Under the pieces are notes generated by a model, which did no database searches, was not told the origin of the DNA, and saw nothing but the letters and a program-made list of their open reading frames with translations. This document shows positions 21,152 through 33,543 of a stretch of 64,000 bases of DNA, piece after piece. Position 1 is the first letter of the stretch. Every line of letters starts with the position of its first letter. Position numbers and translations under genes: made by a program. The DNA is from Penicillus capitatus (taxonomy: Eukaryota; Plantae; Chlorophyta), in contig OZ287707.1 of NCBI GenBank assembly GCA_965649825.1, positions 736,292 to 800,291 on the forward strand. Direction: 5' to 3'.

Positions 21152-22689
21152 ATGTCTGTACACCTGTCACATCGCGATGGCGCAGGCTTGATGCGACGAC
21201 CTTCGCCTCGCCTCGATCTCAACTCTCAAAAACAGGACATCGCGATGCAGGACATCATACAGACACGGCGACTTTCTTCCTCACTCGCAGCCACTGTCTC
21301 TTCTCCGCCGCGTTCCCTTTTGCTAAGGAGGACGAACAGGTCGCGTCAGTACGGCCATTGGACAGCGGTAGATGTTCAGCGTGCTACCTCGTCCGATGTC
21401 GACACTTCCTCGACGACACGCCGCGGAGATCGATCCTACGTCAACGTCACTGGATTTCCTTTTCCCCTTGGCCCTTATCTGGAACGCAAAACGCTGCGCT
21501 ACGAGATCGAGAAGGATCGAATCTGGACATTCGAGCAACCACAGAGTCTGGGATTCAGCAGCGTCGGTGTCAACATTCGTATGACGGTGATCAAACTGAA
21601 CACCGGAAGTCTATGGATCCATGCGCCCATAGCCCCGACAGAAGAATGCCTGCGACTGCTTGATGAGCTGAACAGTCCAGTAGAGTTCATTATTCTACCG
21701 ACCTTTGCCTACGAGCACAAAATATTCGTGGGTCCTTTCTCGAGAAAGTTCCCAGGCGCCAAGGTCTTCGTCGCACCCGATCAATGGAGCTGGCCGATCA
21801 ACCTACCACCTCAGCTCTTCGGAATCTTCCCTTATGGAATGTTGAAAGATGAAGATGTCGAGGCCCCGTGGTCAGAGGAAATTGAACAGAAGATCTTTCG
21901 GCCACCTGATGTAGGTAGGGTGCTACGCTCGGTGAATGTATGATGGACTGAAACGAAGATGCCATGAAGGAATTGGACCCTACGTCGAATGCGTTTTCTT
22001 CCACAAAGCAACCAAGACATTGCTGGTAACAGACCTCGTCGTTTACGTTCCTTCTCAGCCGTTGGACATCATACCCGTGGAGAATCTACTTGATCTAGCG
22101 AGAAATGACGGCCTCAATGTTCAGATCGCAGGCGATTTGACGTCCGAGGAGATCAAAGAGAGAATCACAAAGGGAGCCGTGGCAGACACTCCTCAAAACA
22201 GAAGATTGGGTGCGATGGCCTTTGTCGTCGACCGTTTCATGCCGATCTGCAACTGTAGGTTGGATTCGCACTGTGCTGCTGGTTCTGTACTTCCAGCCGT
22301 TCAGTCTATTAGAACCCAAAGCGTCATTTGAGGCAGTCAAGGAACGATGGATGGTCTCTCCCGTTATCCGTTCCCTCGTCTACGACTCCATTCCGAAATC
22401 GTGTATCGACTTTATTCTCCGAATCGAAAGGGATTGGAGATTCAAACGGATTCTACCGTGCCATTTGGCAGGTCCTATCAAAGCGAGGAATGGAGATCTG
22501 ATTCAGGCGTTTCGTTTCTCATTCGAAGCTCTCGGCCAGAAGCCTCCATCTCAGATCCCTTTTCTCGATGGCTTCTTTGGAGGCAGAAATGATAGAAAGG
22601 CACGTGTGATGCAGAAAGACAACAGGACACTTGACGCACTGATCGATTTCTTGCGGAGATTGGGCGTTCTTTATGAGCAACGGGAATGA
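21152..22689 (+). CDS. DUF4336 family protein (metallo-hydrolase-like, probably plastid)
   Basis: YVNVTGFPFPLGP...IWTFEQPQSL, HAPIAPTEECLRLL, PTFAYEHKIFVGPFSR, ECVFFHKATKTLLVTD, RILPCHLAGPI. Confidence 0.85.
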
Positions 22690-22855
22690 CAATGCACTGC
22701 CTAAATGCGGACAGATTTTTTACAGAAGGTCTGTGGTGCCGCACACAAATGAGCGAAATTTTCTTTTCGTCCTCTTCAAAGCGAATCCATCTTGCGTCTC
22801 GTCCAGGCGTAGCATCAGAACAAACCCCATCCCTGCTCCATCGCCATTTCTCCTG

Positions 22856-24090
22856 CTAAGACGATGATGGAGTCTCGTAATTTGGTGGGCACGTCATGTG
22901 GAAGGCTCTTTCCATTTCATGCTTAATCTCCTTGCATCTCAGGTTGTAGCCAAAAGTCATGAGCCATTCCATCAAACGGGACATCTCTTTCTGTGGAAGC
23001 GAACAGGTCATCGGGCCTTTGTCCTCATCACCGTGTCCAAGGAATTCATCACAGCAGATGTGCATGGCAAGCAAGACCTCTTCCGATGCGCCATTCGCCA
23101 ACTCTTCCAGTCGACGTTCGTCAAGACTCTTCATATATTCGACAAGAGGATCGCCATCTCCTCTCTGCAACCGCATCTTTTCTCTCTCCTCGTATTCCTC
23201 AATCTTCGCTTGCAGCTGAGCGATGTACTCTTGTGCCGAGATGCTCTCTACCGAGTCGTTTCGCCATATAATCACATCTCCCTGCTCCCATGCGTTCAAG
23301 AGGGTATGCATAACAGACAGATGGACATACTTTAATACCATGTGTCTTTACTTGAATGTCGCTTGGCTGAGGCGCCAATCTCTTGCTCAGATCCATGCGA
23401 TCTTGTGCATTCTTAATCATGTAACCAGTAATGAGCATGCTGAGAACCAATGTCTTGCACTGTTCCGTGATCTGCATGCACACAACAGATAACGTACCCC
23501 CTCATATGATGGACGGAATTTATGACATACAGAGCTATAGCGAATGTCGAAGTACTGATGGTGGAGGCTTCCGAGCATGAGTGAGATAATAAACTTCATT
23601 GCCGCCCTTGCCTAACCACACATTAAATGGTAATCGAACCGTCGCATCGCTGCCTGGGAGGTGGCTCACTTCGGGTGTCACGACACCTGTAAGAGAGTCT
23701 GGATCCGGCATCGTCGGTGCGGCTCTCGCAAAATCGACGAGTTTCTGACGAAAATCTAGAGGTGTCTGTGAAGAAGGAATAGATGCTCAGTGCCGCGCTG
23801 CGTTTGGACGAGCAGAGAGCAACCACCTCGGGGGAAGACCCACTGGTGTCATCCAACGAACTCCTAATGGGAAAACTGCGGCGCGCCTTGCTCTTTCCTA
23901 TCGTCTTTTGCGATGGAAGCTTGAGGACGTTAGCCAGAGTTCGGCGTGTACGTATGGTGGTGGTGCATTGATTGGAAGACGAAACACGAGAGACCGATTT
24001 GAAATCCGAACTCTGTCCGTCGAGCAACGAGCAAAGCGCGCCTTGCATTTCGAACGGACTGCCGAACAAACGCGGACACTGTGTCTGCAT
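22856..24090 (-). CDS. DUF760 family protein (plastid; At3g17800-like)
   Basis: Transit-like N-terminus, LSMLITGYMIKNAQDRMDL, and DPLVEYMKSLDERRLEELANGASEEVLLAM...MSRLMEWLMTFGYNLRCKE. Confidence 0.8.
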
Positions 24091-24421
24091 CTAAACACGC
24101 ATGCATCCATTTTCGTATGATGCACATGTCTCGAATCTTCAGCCAACAGTTCTTCTGGGCAACGATGCCCTGTGGACAGATTTCTAGACGGCGAACAGCT
24201 CCGCGACTTTTCAGATCTCATCGAGAATCGATCGGGCCTGTATCGAATTTCTGCGTAACCGATCGATCACCCGTCACATATCGATGATCAATCGAATGCT
24301 CCGATTGGATGATGTGTGAGGAGTTTGCGTTATCGATAGCGACGACCGTTGCGTGAAACTAAAGCTGAGGAAAAGGAAAAGGAGATGCGTCCGATACGGT
24401 CCGTCCAGGCGAACGCGGTGT

Positions 24422-26416
24422 TTAGTCATAGGTGATGTTAAAAGACTTTCTGACGACATCCCTGCCACACTCGTAGGCTCCGGGTCCTGGAAACGACGGC
24501 GTCCTATCCGGAAATCGACGTTCGATGGCAAAGCATGGACGTCGCTTTTCGTTGTTTATGCTCTGAAGGCAACTCGGAATTCGATACGTGCCGGGACCCG
24601 GCTGCGAAACGCGCTCTTCGGTCTCCGATGGGACAAACCTGGCATCAGACGACAGAAAAGCAGCTCCCGTTGAGAAACGCCGCCGGTTGTTCCAGACGCG
24701 AGAGAGATTGTAGCTACCCGGGCCCAAAGCTCTGGGATCTCCACGGATCGCCCGTTCGTCTGCAACGCCAAGAGGCGTCGAATCTGGAGCTGTCGGTCCC
24801 CGTCGATCCTTAAATCGCTCGATCTGCGACTTAAACGCCGAACTCGGAATTCCGCCTTGTCTCGCAGTGCGTTCGAATGCTGTTGCCGCGACAACGGAGT
24901 ATCCTGCCGGGCCTGGACTGAGCCCTCCCGCTGTCATGAATGCATCTGGCGCCGTTCTTTTCTGTGCGGATGAGAATCCACCTCGGGTATTGTGCTCAAA
25001 ACGAGGCAATCGCCCAAGGTCACTCGATATGCTGTACGTGCCTGGCGACAAGCCTTAGACGAGAAGGCATCTGACGAGATGTACCGGGACCCGGTGGTAA
25101 TGTCTCGTATCCCAAGAAGCGCTCTGAACTTTGATGGAATGGCGGAAACGACGCTCGCGCAGTTTTCATCCTTCTCGTCGCCCATTTCGAAGGCGATGCA
25201 AAATCCGAAGCGCACGGGTAGGCGCCCGGACCCGGAAAAACGGATCTGGTGACATCATGACTCGGCGATTCTTGATAACTCCTCTTCTCTTGCGTTCCGA
25301 ATCCTGCTGCGGTTTTCTCGCAAGGCTTGGATCGATCGGTGGTATCCAACAGATAGGATCCGGGGCCAGGTGTCTGTTCGTCGTCTTTTGGTGTCTGACA
25401 TGTGTGTGATGTGACGTATGGAATCCGTTGAATGGTGTGATCTCACTTTTTGATACGTCAGAGCACAGCCTGACTTAAATACTGCCATCCTGCTATCGTC
25501 ATAGGCGTCTCTCAAGGATGCTTCCGTTATCGCTGTCGTGTTCTCAGCCATCGGCGTGTACTGACCCGGTCCGGGATTGTCTATCGTTTCGAAAAGGCTC
25601 CGTCGCGATCGGCACTTACCAAATGTGGCCATCGTGTGCGGCCTCCTGAAAATACCGGTCTCCGCAGCATAGGATCCTGGCCCAGGAAGAGCGACAGACG
25701 TGCAACGGCCGACACCAGGTCCAGGATCCAGGATGATGTCGCCATCTCTCTGTTCAATATACCTAACCTCACATATCAACCGTCGCACCATCAGCCTTGG
25801 GCAGTCGATGCTCGCCCTCGACACTGTTCTCCGACCGGAATCGACGGCACTGGACTTCGTAGGAAGAAATCCGTCGCCATTCTCGGATCAAATCTGCCTC
25901 TTCGGAACGACTTCTTGAGCCAATCATTTCGAACTTGATAGCATCCAGGACTAGAGTACAGTAAAATCTCTCATCGTCTCCTTTCGAACAGTTCAGATCG
26001 CTACCCGGGCGCTTCGACGGACGTCGCCCGATCGACATAGAAACGCGAAGATTGAGAATGCAATAAGCCAAGACGCGTCGCGGCTCTGTTCGGCAATGCC
26101 TCGTCCATCGCATACTCACCAGGTCCTGGACATCTCTTTTATCCCCTTTCAGTGCAAATCGATTATTCTGGACGGAGAGTGTACACGAGCGTCCTCGAAA
26201 GGTTTCCGAGAGGCAGAGGACAGAAATGGCGGTGCTGCTTTGACGCATGACCTCGTGCCGCATGTCGGATCATAGGCGCCGGGACCAACCTGCGAAAACA
26301 GACAGACATGTTTCATTCAGATGCGGAACGACAACGCAGTCTGTGTTTCGCACTGCAGACGGCGTGCTATCGCGGTAGAAAGATGTCTCTTTCGCCGATC
26401 TGCAACAAATCGCCAT
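24422..26416 (-). CDS. SHIPPO-rpt / sperm-tail PG-rich repeat protein (ODF3/STPG-like axonemal protein)
   Basis: Many PGPG(A/S/T/Q)Y motifs across exons (VGPGAYD, PGPGSY, PGPGQY, PGPGAY, PGPGTY, LGPGSY). Confidence 0.8.
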
Positions 26417-26877
26417 GTTCTCCTGCTTTACGCCGTCGCGTGTTATTCGTGGGGATCTACGTAATGCTCGAGTGAGATCGTCGATGATCTATCGTTTTCG
26501 TTCAAAAATTCGACGAATTGGATCACGGACACATGCAGTTGACAAAGCACAGCTGTGGCGCATGGTGCCTCTACATACGCTTGTCACTCTCATAGCAACA
26601 CGTGTGTCAAACCGAGGGTGATGACGACCCATACTCGCGAGTACGGCCCTTGAGCTGCGGTTAGAAACTTATACATTTCATCATGGATAGCGATTAAAAG
26701 ATGCAGCAGGATTATCTATTGGCAGCCGGAAGGATCTTAGGTACATCAGCATACTGTGACCAATGCCCGTTTCAGGATCATCGACACATCGTGACGCAAC
26801 ATAGACATGTGACAGCCAAGAGACGTTACACACAATGGACTTGAGTGATCAGGCAAGAATCTGTTTGGCGAGATGTG

Positions 26878-28767
26878 CTACAGACCTTCATAAAGTTCGC
26901 AGATATGATGAACATAAGCAGCAAGCGTCCGTAATAATACATCTGGCACCTCTTCATGAGAGAGATGTCCACAATTTGAAAGAACATCGCGATGCTCTGC
27001 TCGGAGATCTTCAGCAATCGCCGCCGCCTTCTCTGGCGGAACAATGCGATCTTTCTCCCCGGTCACCACCAACATGGGCAATCCAACGACGCGTTGCATC
27101 AGTTGTCTAATCTGTTCATTTGTCACCATCTTACGTTCCTTTGTGTACGCAACCAATGCTGAATCCCATCCCCGAATCCTCAGAGGGGCCTTGTAGAGAT
27201 CGAGTATCTCCTTTGTGAGTTTTGAAGTGTCGTGCCACGCCCTTCGACTCGCAACCTCGCCGATATCCGATCGCAGTAACGGTCTCAGAACCTTGCGGGC
27301 AATTCTCGACTGACGCAGCAAATTGGTAAAGGATGGTCCATCGTCGCAACTCAGATCTGGATGCAAGAATACCATCGTCAAAATCGACAGGCCTGAATGA
27401 GCGGGTCTCAAAACGGCATCAACGCTTGAACTGTTTCCGGACTCTATGTCGTCTTCCTCTGGCACATCTGTGAGATCTTTGTCGTGCGCATCCGAAAAGG
27501 ATCGTCGAATGGGCAATCCGATCATGACGTGACTGCTTCCTTCCCGCTTTTGACTCGATCCAGATTTCAACAGTCGTCGTGTTTTGTCAGATATCCTCCG
27601 CGGAATGCTGTTGTTCAGCGGGTTCAGCGCAGCACCGAGCATCAGGGCGAGCATGCAGCCGTCAGAATGCGCAACAAGCATAGCGCGTTTGATTTCCAAT
27701 CTCTTACAGAGATCCAAGACCAGTGACTGCTGAGACTGCAGTGTGTATGGATTCTTCGAAGTCTCGTCGCATTTTGGACGTGCCGTCAATCCGAAAGCGG
27801 GCCGATCGAATGCAACGACGCGACATCGACATGTCTCGGCCAATGGTTTCATAACATTCCTCCAGGCAAAGACGCCTCCTCCGTATCCATGTATCAACAC
27901 AACGGCGAAATTGGGATCCAATCGCGGACTGCGATCGTCTTCTTCCGGATACTCTTCCTTGTAATGCACAGACAGTCCATCACAGTCAATGAACTTGCTG
28001 TCGAGATCTGTCAGCACATCGCGAGGAATATCGTCATCAGCTGAGAGGAAGAGCTCCTGGATGGCATCCGTGGTGTTGTAGGAATCAACACTGCCATTCA
28101 TGACCCAGTCTTCTTCATCCCACGGGGAATCGAATCCTGACAGTCCCATATTCATTCTTCTCTGCAATCTTTTCATCGTGGCATGGGCCACAATGACGTG
28201 GACAACGGAGAAGAGAATGGAGATTAAGATGAGTGCCAGCGTTTCGCCCACTGGATTACGGTTGATCACAATTGCTTTGACGATGGCGTACGGGATCAGA
28301 ACCAGGGATGTGATCCAGGCGATGATATAGTATGGGCGATATCTCTTGAAGGCAAAGGCGTAAGAGATGCTGAGGAGAATCACACGAACGACAGAGCAGA
28401 TGACAATGTCATTCAGATTCGCACTCATTCTAAAACGATCGTGCACGATATTTGAATCTTTGATGGACTCCACCGATTCCAGGACAACGGCAAAGTACAG
28501 GACCAGCATGATCACCAGTTCTGCGGCGCTGAGCATCCACGGGGTCATGACAGTGACGAGTGAGAAGAGTGAGACGCAACAGAATTGCATAAAACTGCAA
28601 AATCGCACAACAGACTCCCCACACTGTGACTGGCGAGACAAATACAATTCCTTGTCGCTCAGTAGACGGGCCAATCTCGCGTAGCTCATTTCGCCAAAGT
28701 AGCTGGCTCTGTTCATGGTACTCTGCCCCTGAGGAGGGAGCAATTGAGTTGTTGGCGTGTTCGACAT
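26878..28767 (-). CDS. Membrane-anchored alpha/beta hydrolase (At1g15490/At1g80280-like) with N-terminal multi-TM region
   Basis: Hydrophobic N-terminal block, LIHGYGGGVFAWR, AFDRPAFGLT, VAHSDG nucleophile elbow, GEKDRIVP, NCGHLSHEE. Probably one short in-frame intron near 28630-28680. Confidence 0.88.
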   Translation of the reverse strand: MSNTPTTQLLPPQGQSTMNRASYFGEMSYARLARLLSDKELYLSRQSQCGESVVRFCSFMQFCCVSLFSLVTVMTPWMLSAAELVIMLVLYFAVVLESVESIKDSNIVHDRFRMSANLNDIVICSVVRVILLSISYAFAFKRYRPYYIIAWITSLVLIPYAIVKAIVINRNPVGETLALILISILFSVVHVIVAHATMKRLQRRMNMGLSGFDSPWDEEDWVMNGSVDSYNTTDAIQELFLSADDDIPRDVLTDLDSKFIDCDGLSVHYKEEYPEEDDRSPRLDPNFAVVLIHGYGGGVFAWRNVMKPLAETCRCRVVAFDRPAFGLTARPKCDETSKNPYTLQSQQSLVLDLCKRLEIKRAMLVAHSDGCMLALMLGAALNPLNNSIPRRISDKTRRLLKSGSSQKREGSSHVMIGLPIRRSFSDAHDKDLTDVPEEDDIESGNSSSVDAVLRPAHSGLSILTMVFLHPDLSCDDGPSFTNLLRQSRIARKVLRPLLRSDIGEVASRRAWHDTSKLTKEILDLYKAPLRIRGWDSALVAYTKERKMVTNEQIRQLMQRVVGLPMLVVTGEKDRIVPPEKAAAIAEDLRAEHRDVLSNCGHLSHEEVPDVLLRTLAAYVHHICELYEGL

Positions 28768-28990
28768 GTTCTCTGAAATGTTCGTTCGATTCAGCGAACA
28801 TACACAAGAGCGTTTTCAAAAGCAGACCTGAAATGAAAATGTCTTTATTGGCAGACTAAGCTCGCATCTCTTGCCTCGAAACGGAGTTTAACTGGAAGGA
28901 TGAAAATCGACTGGAGAAAATCAAACGCTGCGGGCATTAAGGAGATGTTCGATGAAATTGAGAGGACCACCGTCCTGTCACTCCACAACT

Positions 28991-30119
28991 ATGCGCTTCG
29001 GGACGTTGGTTCGAGGTGCTGCGGTGCTATCGCATCGATGGAAGTATTCCATACGTGAAGCCACTGGAGATGAAGCTCGGCGATTTGTCCAGACACGTGC
29101 TCGTGTGCAACAGGCAACCGAGACTGAACAGGCAATGAGCACAGAGGCCGTCTACGAGAGAGTAGCGCAGCGATTAGGACCCCTGTCCACTGCTCCCATT
29201 GTGCAGCATGTCACAGAAGCATCTACCTAACGTATTGATGGCGTAGATTTCGAGATTGCCTGCACTGACAGTGGTGATCAGTGGGCCGAGTGGTGTCGGA
29301 AAGGACTCAGTCATCCGACGCCTGCAGAAGCAAAGAGATCACTTGCACTTCGTCGTGACAGCGACAACAAGGTCACTCGTGTGTGATCATAGCGCCGGTA
29401 TTGAGATCGATGGATCTAGACCAAGGCGATACAATGAAGTCGACGGTGTCGATTACCAGTTTGTTACGAAACAGACGTTTGAGAAATGGATAAGAGAGAA
29501 TGCATTGTTCGAGTATGCCGTGGTGTATGGAGACTACAAGGGTGTTCCGAAGAGCCAAATAGAAGAGGCGTTTCGGAGAGGAAAGGACTGTGTTTTGAGG
29601 TGACCTCTTGACGGTGCCCAAGAGAACGCCATCTGAGAGATCGATCCCCTTCCTGTAGATTGGATGTTCAGGGTGCAGCCTACGTGCGGAAACTCTATCC
29701 GGATTGCATCACCATCTATATCGTATGTCTGAGCTCTTCAAGGGAGATATGCTGTTGTGAGAAAAGTGACGATGTAGAGTCCACAATCTGAAGCGGAGCT
29801 CGTAAAGAGGCTCATTTCCAGAAAAACGGAATCTTTGGTCCGTTGCTGTGAAAACTCTCATTCCTCACATGCATGGTCATGTGATTGCAGGAAGATATGG
29901 TTGTTCGAGTCCAGACTGCACGAGAAGAGTTGAAGCGATCCACGGAGTTTGATTACTGTAAGCAGACACATTTTTCGCTCTCTACCATCGACCATGAACA
30001 TTGTGTGGCGGACAGTGGTATTGAACAAGCAAGGGGCAGTTGAACAAGCCGTTGCCCGTATTTGCAGTATTATCGATGCTGAGCGATCGAAACGTGCACG
30101 TATGCATTTGAGCATCTGA
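28991..30119 (+). CDS. GMK: Guanylate kinase, organellar type
   Basis: P-loop VISGPSGVGKDS, VVTATT|RPRR, DGVDYQF, FEYAVVYGDYKGVPK, LR|LDVQGA, FDYC. Confidence 0.92.
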
Positions 30120-30494
30120 GAGGATCCTCCCTGTTCGTTTGTGTTTTTGCTGTTCATTACTCTGTACTCTAACCGTTAAACGCACTCAGTCCCAGCAAGT
30201 AGAACATAGCCATCAATGGAGGGCAGAACACCGTATCGGAGGAGTTCCTTGTTCTCCAGTCCATAGCCGATAGAACGGACGATCCTGTTCGGATCAAAGG
30301 CCAGAAGTGAAACGCAGCCATATGTATATCAAATAGACGACAATGGGATTGCGCAAAGAAAGAAAAAGAAAACTGCCGGAACGACAGAACACTTCCAAAC
30401 GATAGGTGCCATCCCATCAAACCGATTTGTCAAACAGACAGCGTTCGATAGCCGTGCAATGAAAAGCTGTTCTGAGATGGATGGATGGATGTTG

Positions 30495-31677
30495 TTAAGA
30501 GTGGTATCGATCGATGAGCACTTTGATCACTTTGCGTATCTCTGCCATGGCTGTTCTTTCTGCCCGTAGCTTGGATATCCATAAGCACAGCTCCTCTGCC
30601 GTCATCGATTCGGCATCCTGCAATAGCTAAAGGAGGGATACACTCAATGATCCGATGCCGGATGGTATGTCAACAGGTTTACTTTTGCGGTGAGCTGCGG
30701 ATCGCCATCGGATTTTTGTTTCTTGAGCATGGCTTCGATCCATTTCATACTCGGTTCCTTGCCTCCACGCTTAACTGCCAATTCATCCAAGCTTGCATCA
30801 AAGAAGCACGTTTCCGATGCCTCTCTATTATCCGTTATGTTTTGTGGCAGTTCATTGTGGTATGGGTTACCTGGCAGCACTGATGATATTTCTGGCAGCA
30901 GATGTCGCTATCTCCTTCAGAACTGGATCTGCCAAACTCGATTCGAACTCAGGAGAAGAGGCGGCAGCCACCACTCTGTTCTTTTTCTTCTCTTCAGCAA
31001 CCAACACCGCTTCTCTCTTTTTGCTCATCTCTCTTTCGCTTTCATCCTCGACATCTTCAAACTGAAAATGCATGTTGGCTCATCACATAACTGCTGCTGT
31101 CTGTAAAGAGATGGCTTACTTGCTCTTCCCAGATCATTTTAAGGGCGGCATAGATGACTAATGGAGCCATAACCAGCAGAGCAACATCGCCAAGCAAGAC
31201 AGCCCCCACATCCAATGCTTCCGCTTCCATGCCTATAACGCCTTCCATCGCTACTCCACCCACACGTTGGTTAAGCAGGACAAGAGTCCGTCTTTCTCAG
31301 GACCCAGAAGGCCATACCTGCTGTTTGGACCAGCTCAGAAGCGTGACAGGCGCTTGCATGGAGCCACGGAACGAGCACCCCACTCAACACAGAGTATCTC
31401 ACGCATCTACGCCTACACTTGGACCAGATGTCCAGAAACAGCACGTCCTGTACTGGCTCTGCGCAGAGAGACCACGAGGCACTCGGATTTCGGAGGCGGC
31501 GGGTTTGACTGGCAAAACATTGGATTCCTGACCACCCTTGCTGCGACGCACCGACGTTCTGCACAAACCCCATTCGATACACTCCGATCGTTGTCGCTCA
31601 ACGACGTCAGACCTCTTCGTGCGTTGGAGAGTGTTGCAGCGCGTGATCTCTCTGGAGAGCATGCTCAGCACCATCAT
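30495..31677 (-). CDS. Hypothetical membrane protein
   Basis: Spliceable ORF pieces: transit-like N-terminus, hydrophobic GAVLLGDVALLVMAPLVIYAAL, then a helical C-terminus ending IRKVIKVLIDRYHS*. No family recognised and exon joins uncertain. Confidence 0.45.
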
Positions 31678-31736
31678 AACGGAGAGACGGATGAAATGAC
31701 ATCATCTTATTAAATCGCACTGGATATTCCAAGCTT

Positions 31737-33494
31737 ATGTTGTCACTCCTGCTGCTGTTGTCCCTTTCCTATGCTCGTCATGTCGCGGCAAGGCTAAGCA
31801 TGTAAAGGGATGTGTGTGGAGGGCGGCTGTTGTCAGGGGCTCGACAGGGAACAGGGAGGATTGACCCCTCTTTCGCCATTTCTTACAAATACCTACTTCT
31901 CAAATGCAGACATCGTAATCTGGATAGCGCCTTCTTGGCAATGGAGATGTGTGCTCTGTAGGAAGTTTTCTTGCGGGACTTCACCTCTTCTCCCCAGTGC
32001 AGGAGCATTTCGCGGATGTTCAGGTGGAGTGCCCTGCTCTGTTGGGAACGACATGAGTTTTGTAAAGGGCACAGTGTGGGGAAAAGTGTCGAAGGCGTCG
32101 ATTTGTGGGTACTGGAGATCGCATTGAATGCAGGAAAAGAAGAAGCGAAACCAAATTTTAAGTATGTCGCCAACATGCATGGAAACGAGATATCTGGTCG
32201 CCAGCTGCTGCTGAAACTAGCAGAGTGGCTGTGCCTTAACTGGAAAACAGATTCCAAAGCAGCCGCGATCGTCAACGGCATGCACCTGTACTTGATGCCA
32301 ACCATGAACCCGGATGGCTATGCACTGATGACGCGAGAAAACAAGTCAGCCTCCGCGCAATGCACCCACCTGTGAAGCGGAGGCGATTCTAGGAATGAGA
32401 TCGATCTGAATCGGAACTTTCCAGATCAGTATCGCCTGGGAGACAGTCTCTTGTTGCCTCAGGGGACGGAGCAACCAGAGACACTGGCTCTCATGGACTG
32501 GATCACTCATACATCGTTTGTGGGATCTGGCAATCTCCATGAAGGTGCGGTCGTTGCTAACTATCCGTGGGACGCCGCCAAAACAAAAACGAAACGGTGA
32601 GTTCCCCAGTTCCAAATACAAACGGGTTGGTTCTCTACGCTTATGTTTTAGACGTGCACGGTCACCAGATGATGAGACCTTTGTGTATCTGGCGTCTGTC
32701 TATGCCAATGCGCACTTGACCATGCACGATAGCAAGGTCTGGTTCTATGTTGCCTTTCTGAGATCTCATTGTTGAAGAAACAGGAGTTTAAAGGAGGCAT
32801 CACGAATGGCAATGCATGGTATGCACTGCACGGAGGCATGCAGGACTTCAATTACATCATGGGCAACTGTATGGAATTGACATTGGAGCTGTCAGAAGGC
32901 AAGCGTCCAGATCGTTTAGAGCTGGAAATGCTGTGGGAGCAAAACAAAGATGCATTCCTCGAGTTTGCGATCAGCGCCGCCCTGCGCAGTTTCAGGCAAC
33001 GAACTTCCTAAAAAATGCACGTTGCCTGGATGCCGTCTGTGTTCCTAGGGGATTTGTGTACGGCCCGGGAGATGTCCCTCTCGAAGCCACGATCTCTGTC
33101 GAAGGAATCCACAAGGACTACACCACACGTCCTAAGTTTGGCGATTTCTACCGTCCCCTGATCCCCGGCAGTCATAACGTTACCATCCAGTATCCACCAC
33201 GAAACATTCCAACCTCATGAAACCCTTTCTGTGATCAGGGCCGCAGGCTACGAGGTCTTCACCACTGAAATCGACATTCCTGAAAACGGCACCAGTGATG
33301 TGCATCGCTATGTGTTGAAGCCGATAGCCGATAATGTGCAGCTCCGAATCATGCGTGCCCAATCGAACGAACTCATGCAGAACACAGCTTTCCAAATGCC
33401 TGCGTTGATCGTGGGATTATTCTTCACAATTTTCTTAGTGCTTGGAGTGCAACGTGTGCGTCGAGTTTCGAGGACGCCGATCAGATCTCGGTAG
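31737..33494 (+). CDS. M14B zinc carboxypeptidase (carboxypeptidase D/SOL1-like) with signal peptide and C-terminal TM helix
   Basis: MLSLLLLLSLSYA signal, KYVANMHGNE, MPTMNPDG, DLNRNFPD, GNLHEGAVVANYPWD, GGMQDFNY, transthyretin-like TTRPKFGDFYRPLIPG, C-terminal TM segment. Confidence 0.92.
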
Positions 33495-33543
33495 AAAACT
33501 GTAATGAGGGGAAACAGGTGATGTGTGCACGTCGACTCATTGG

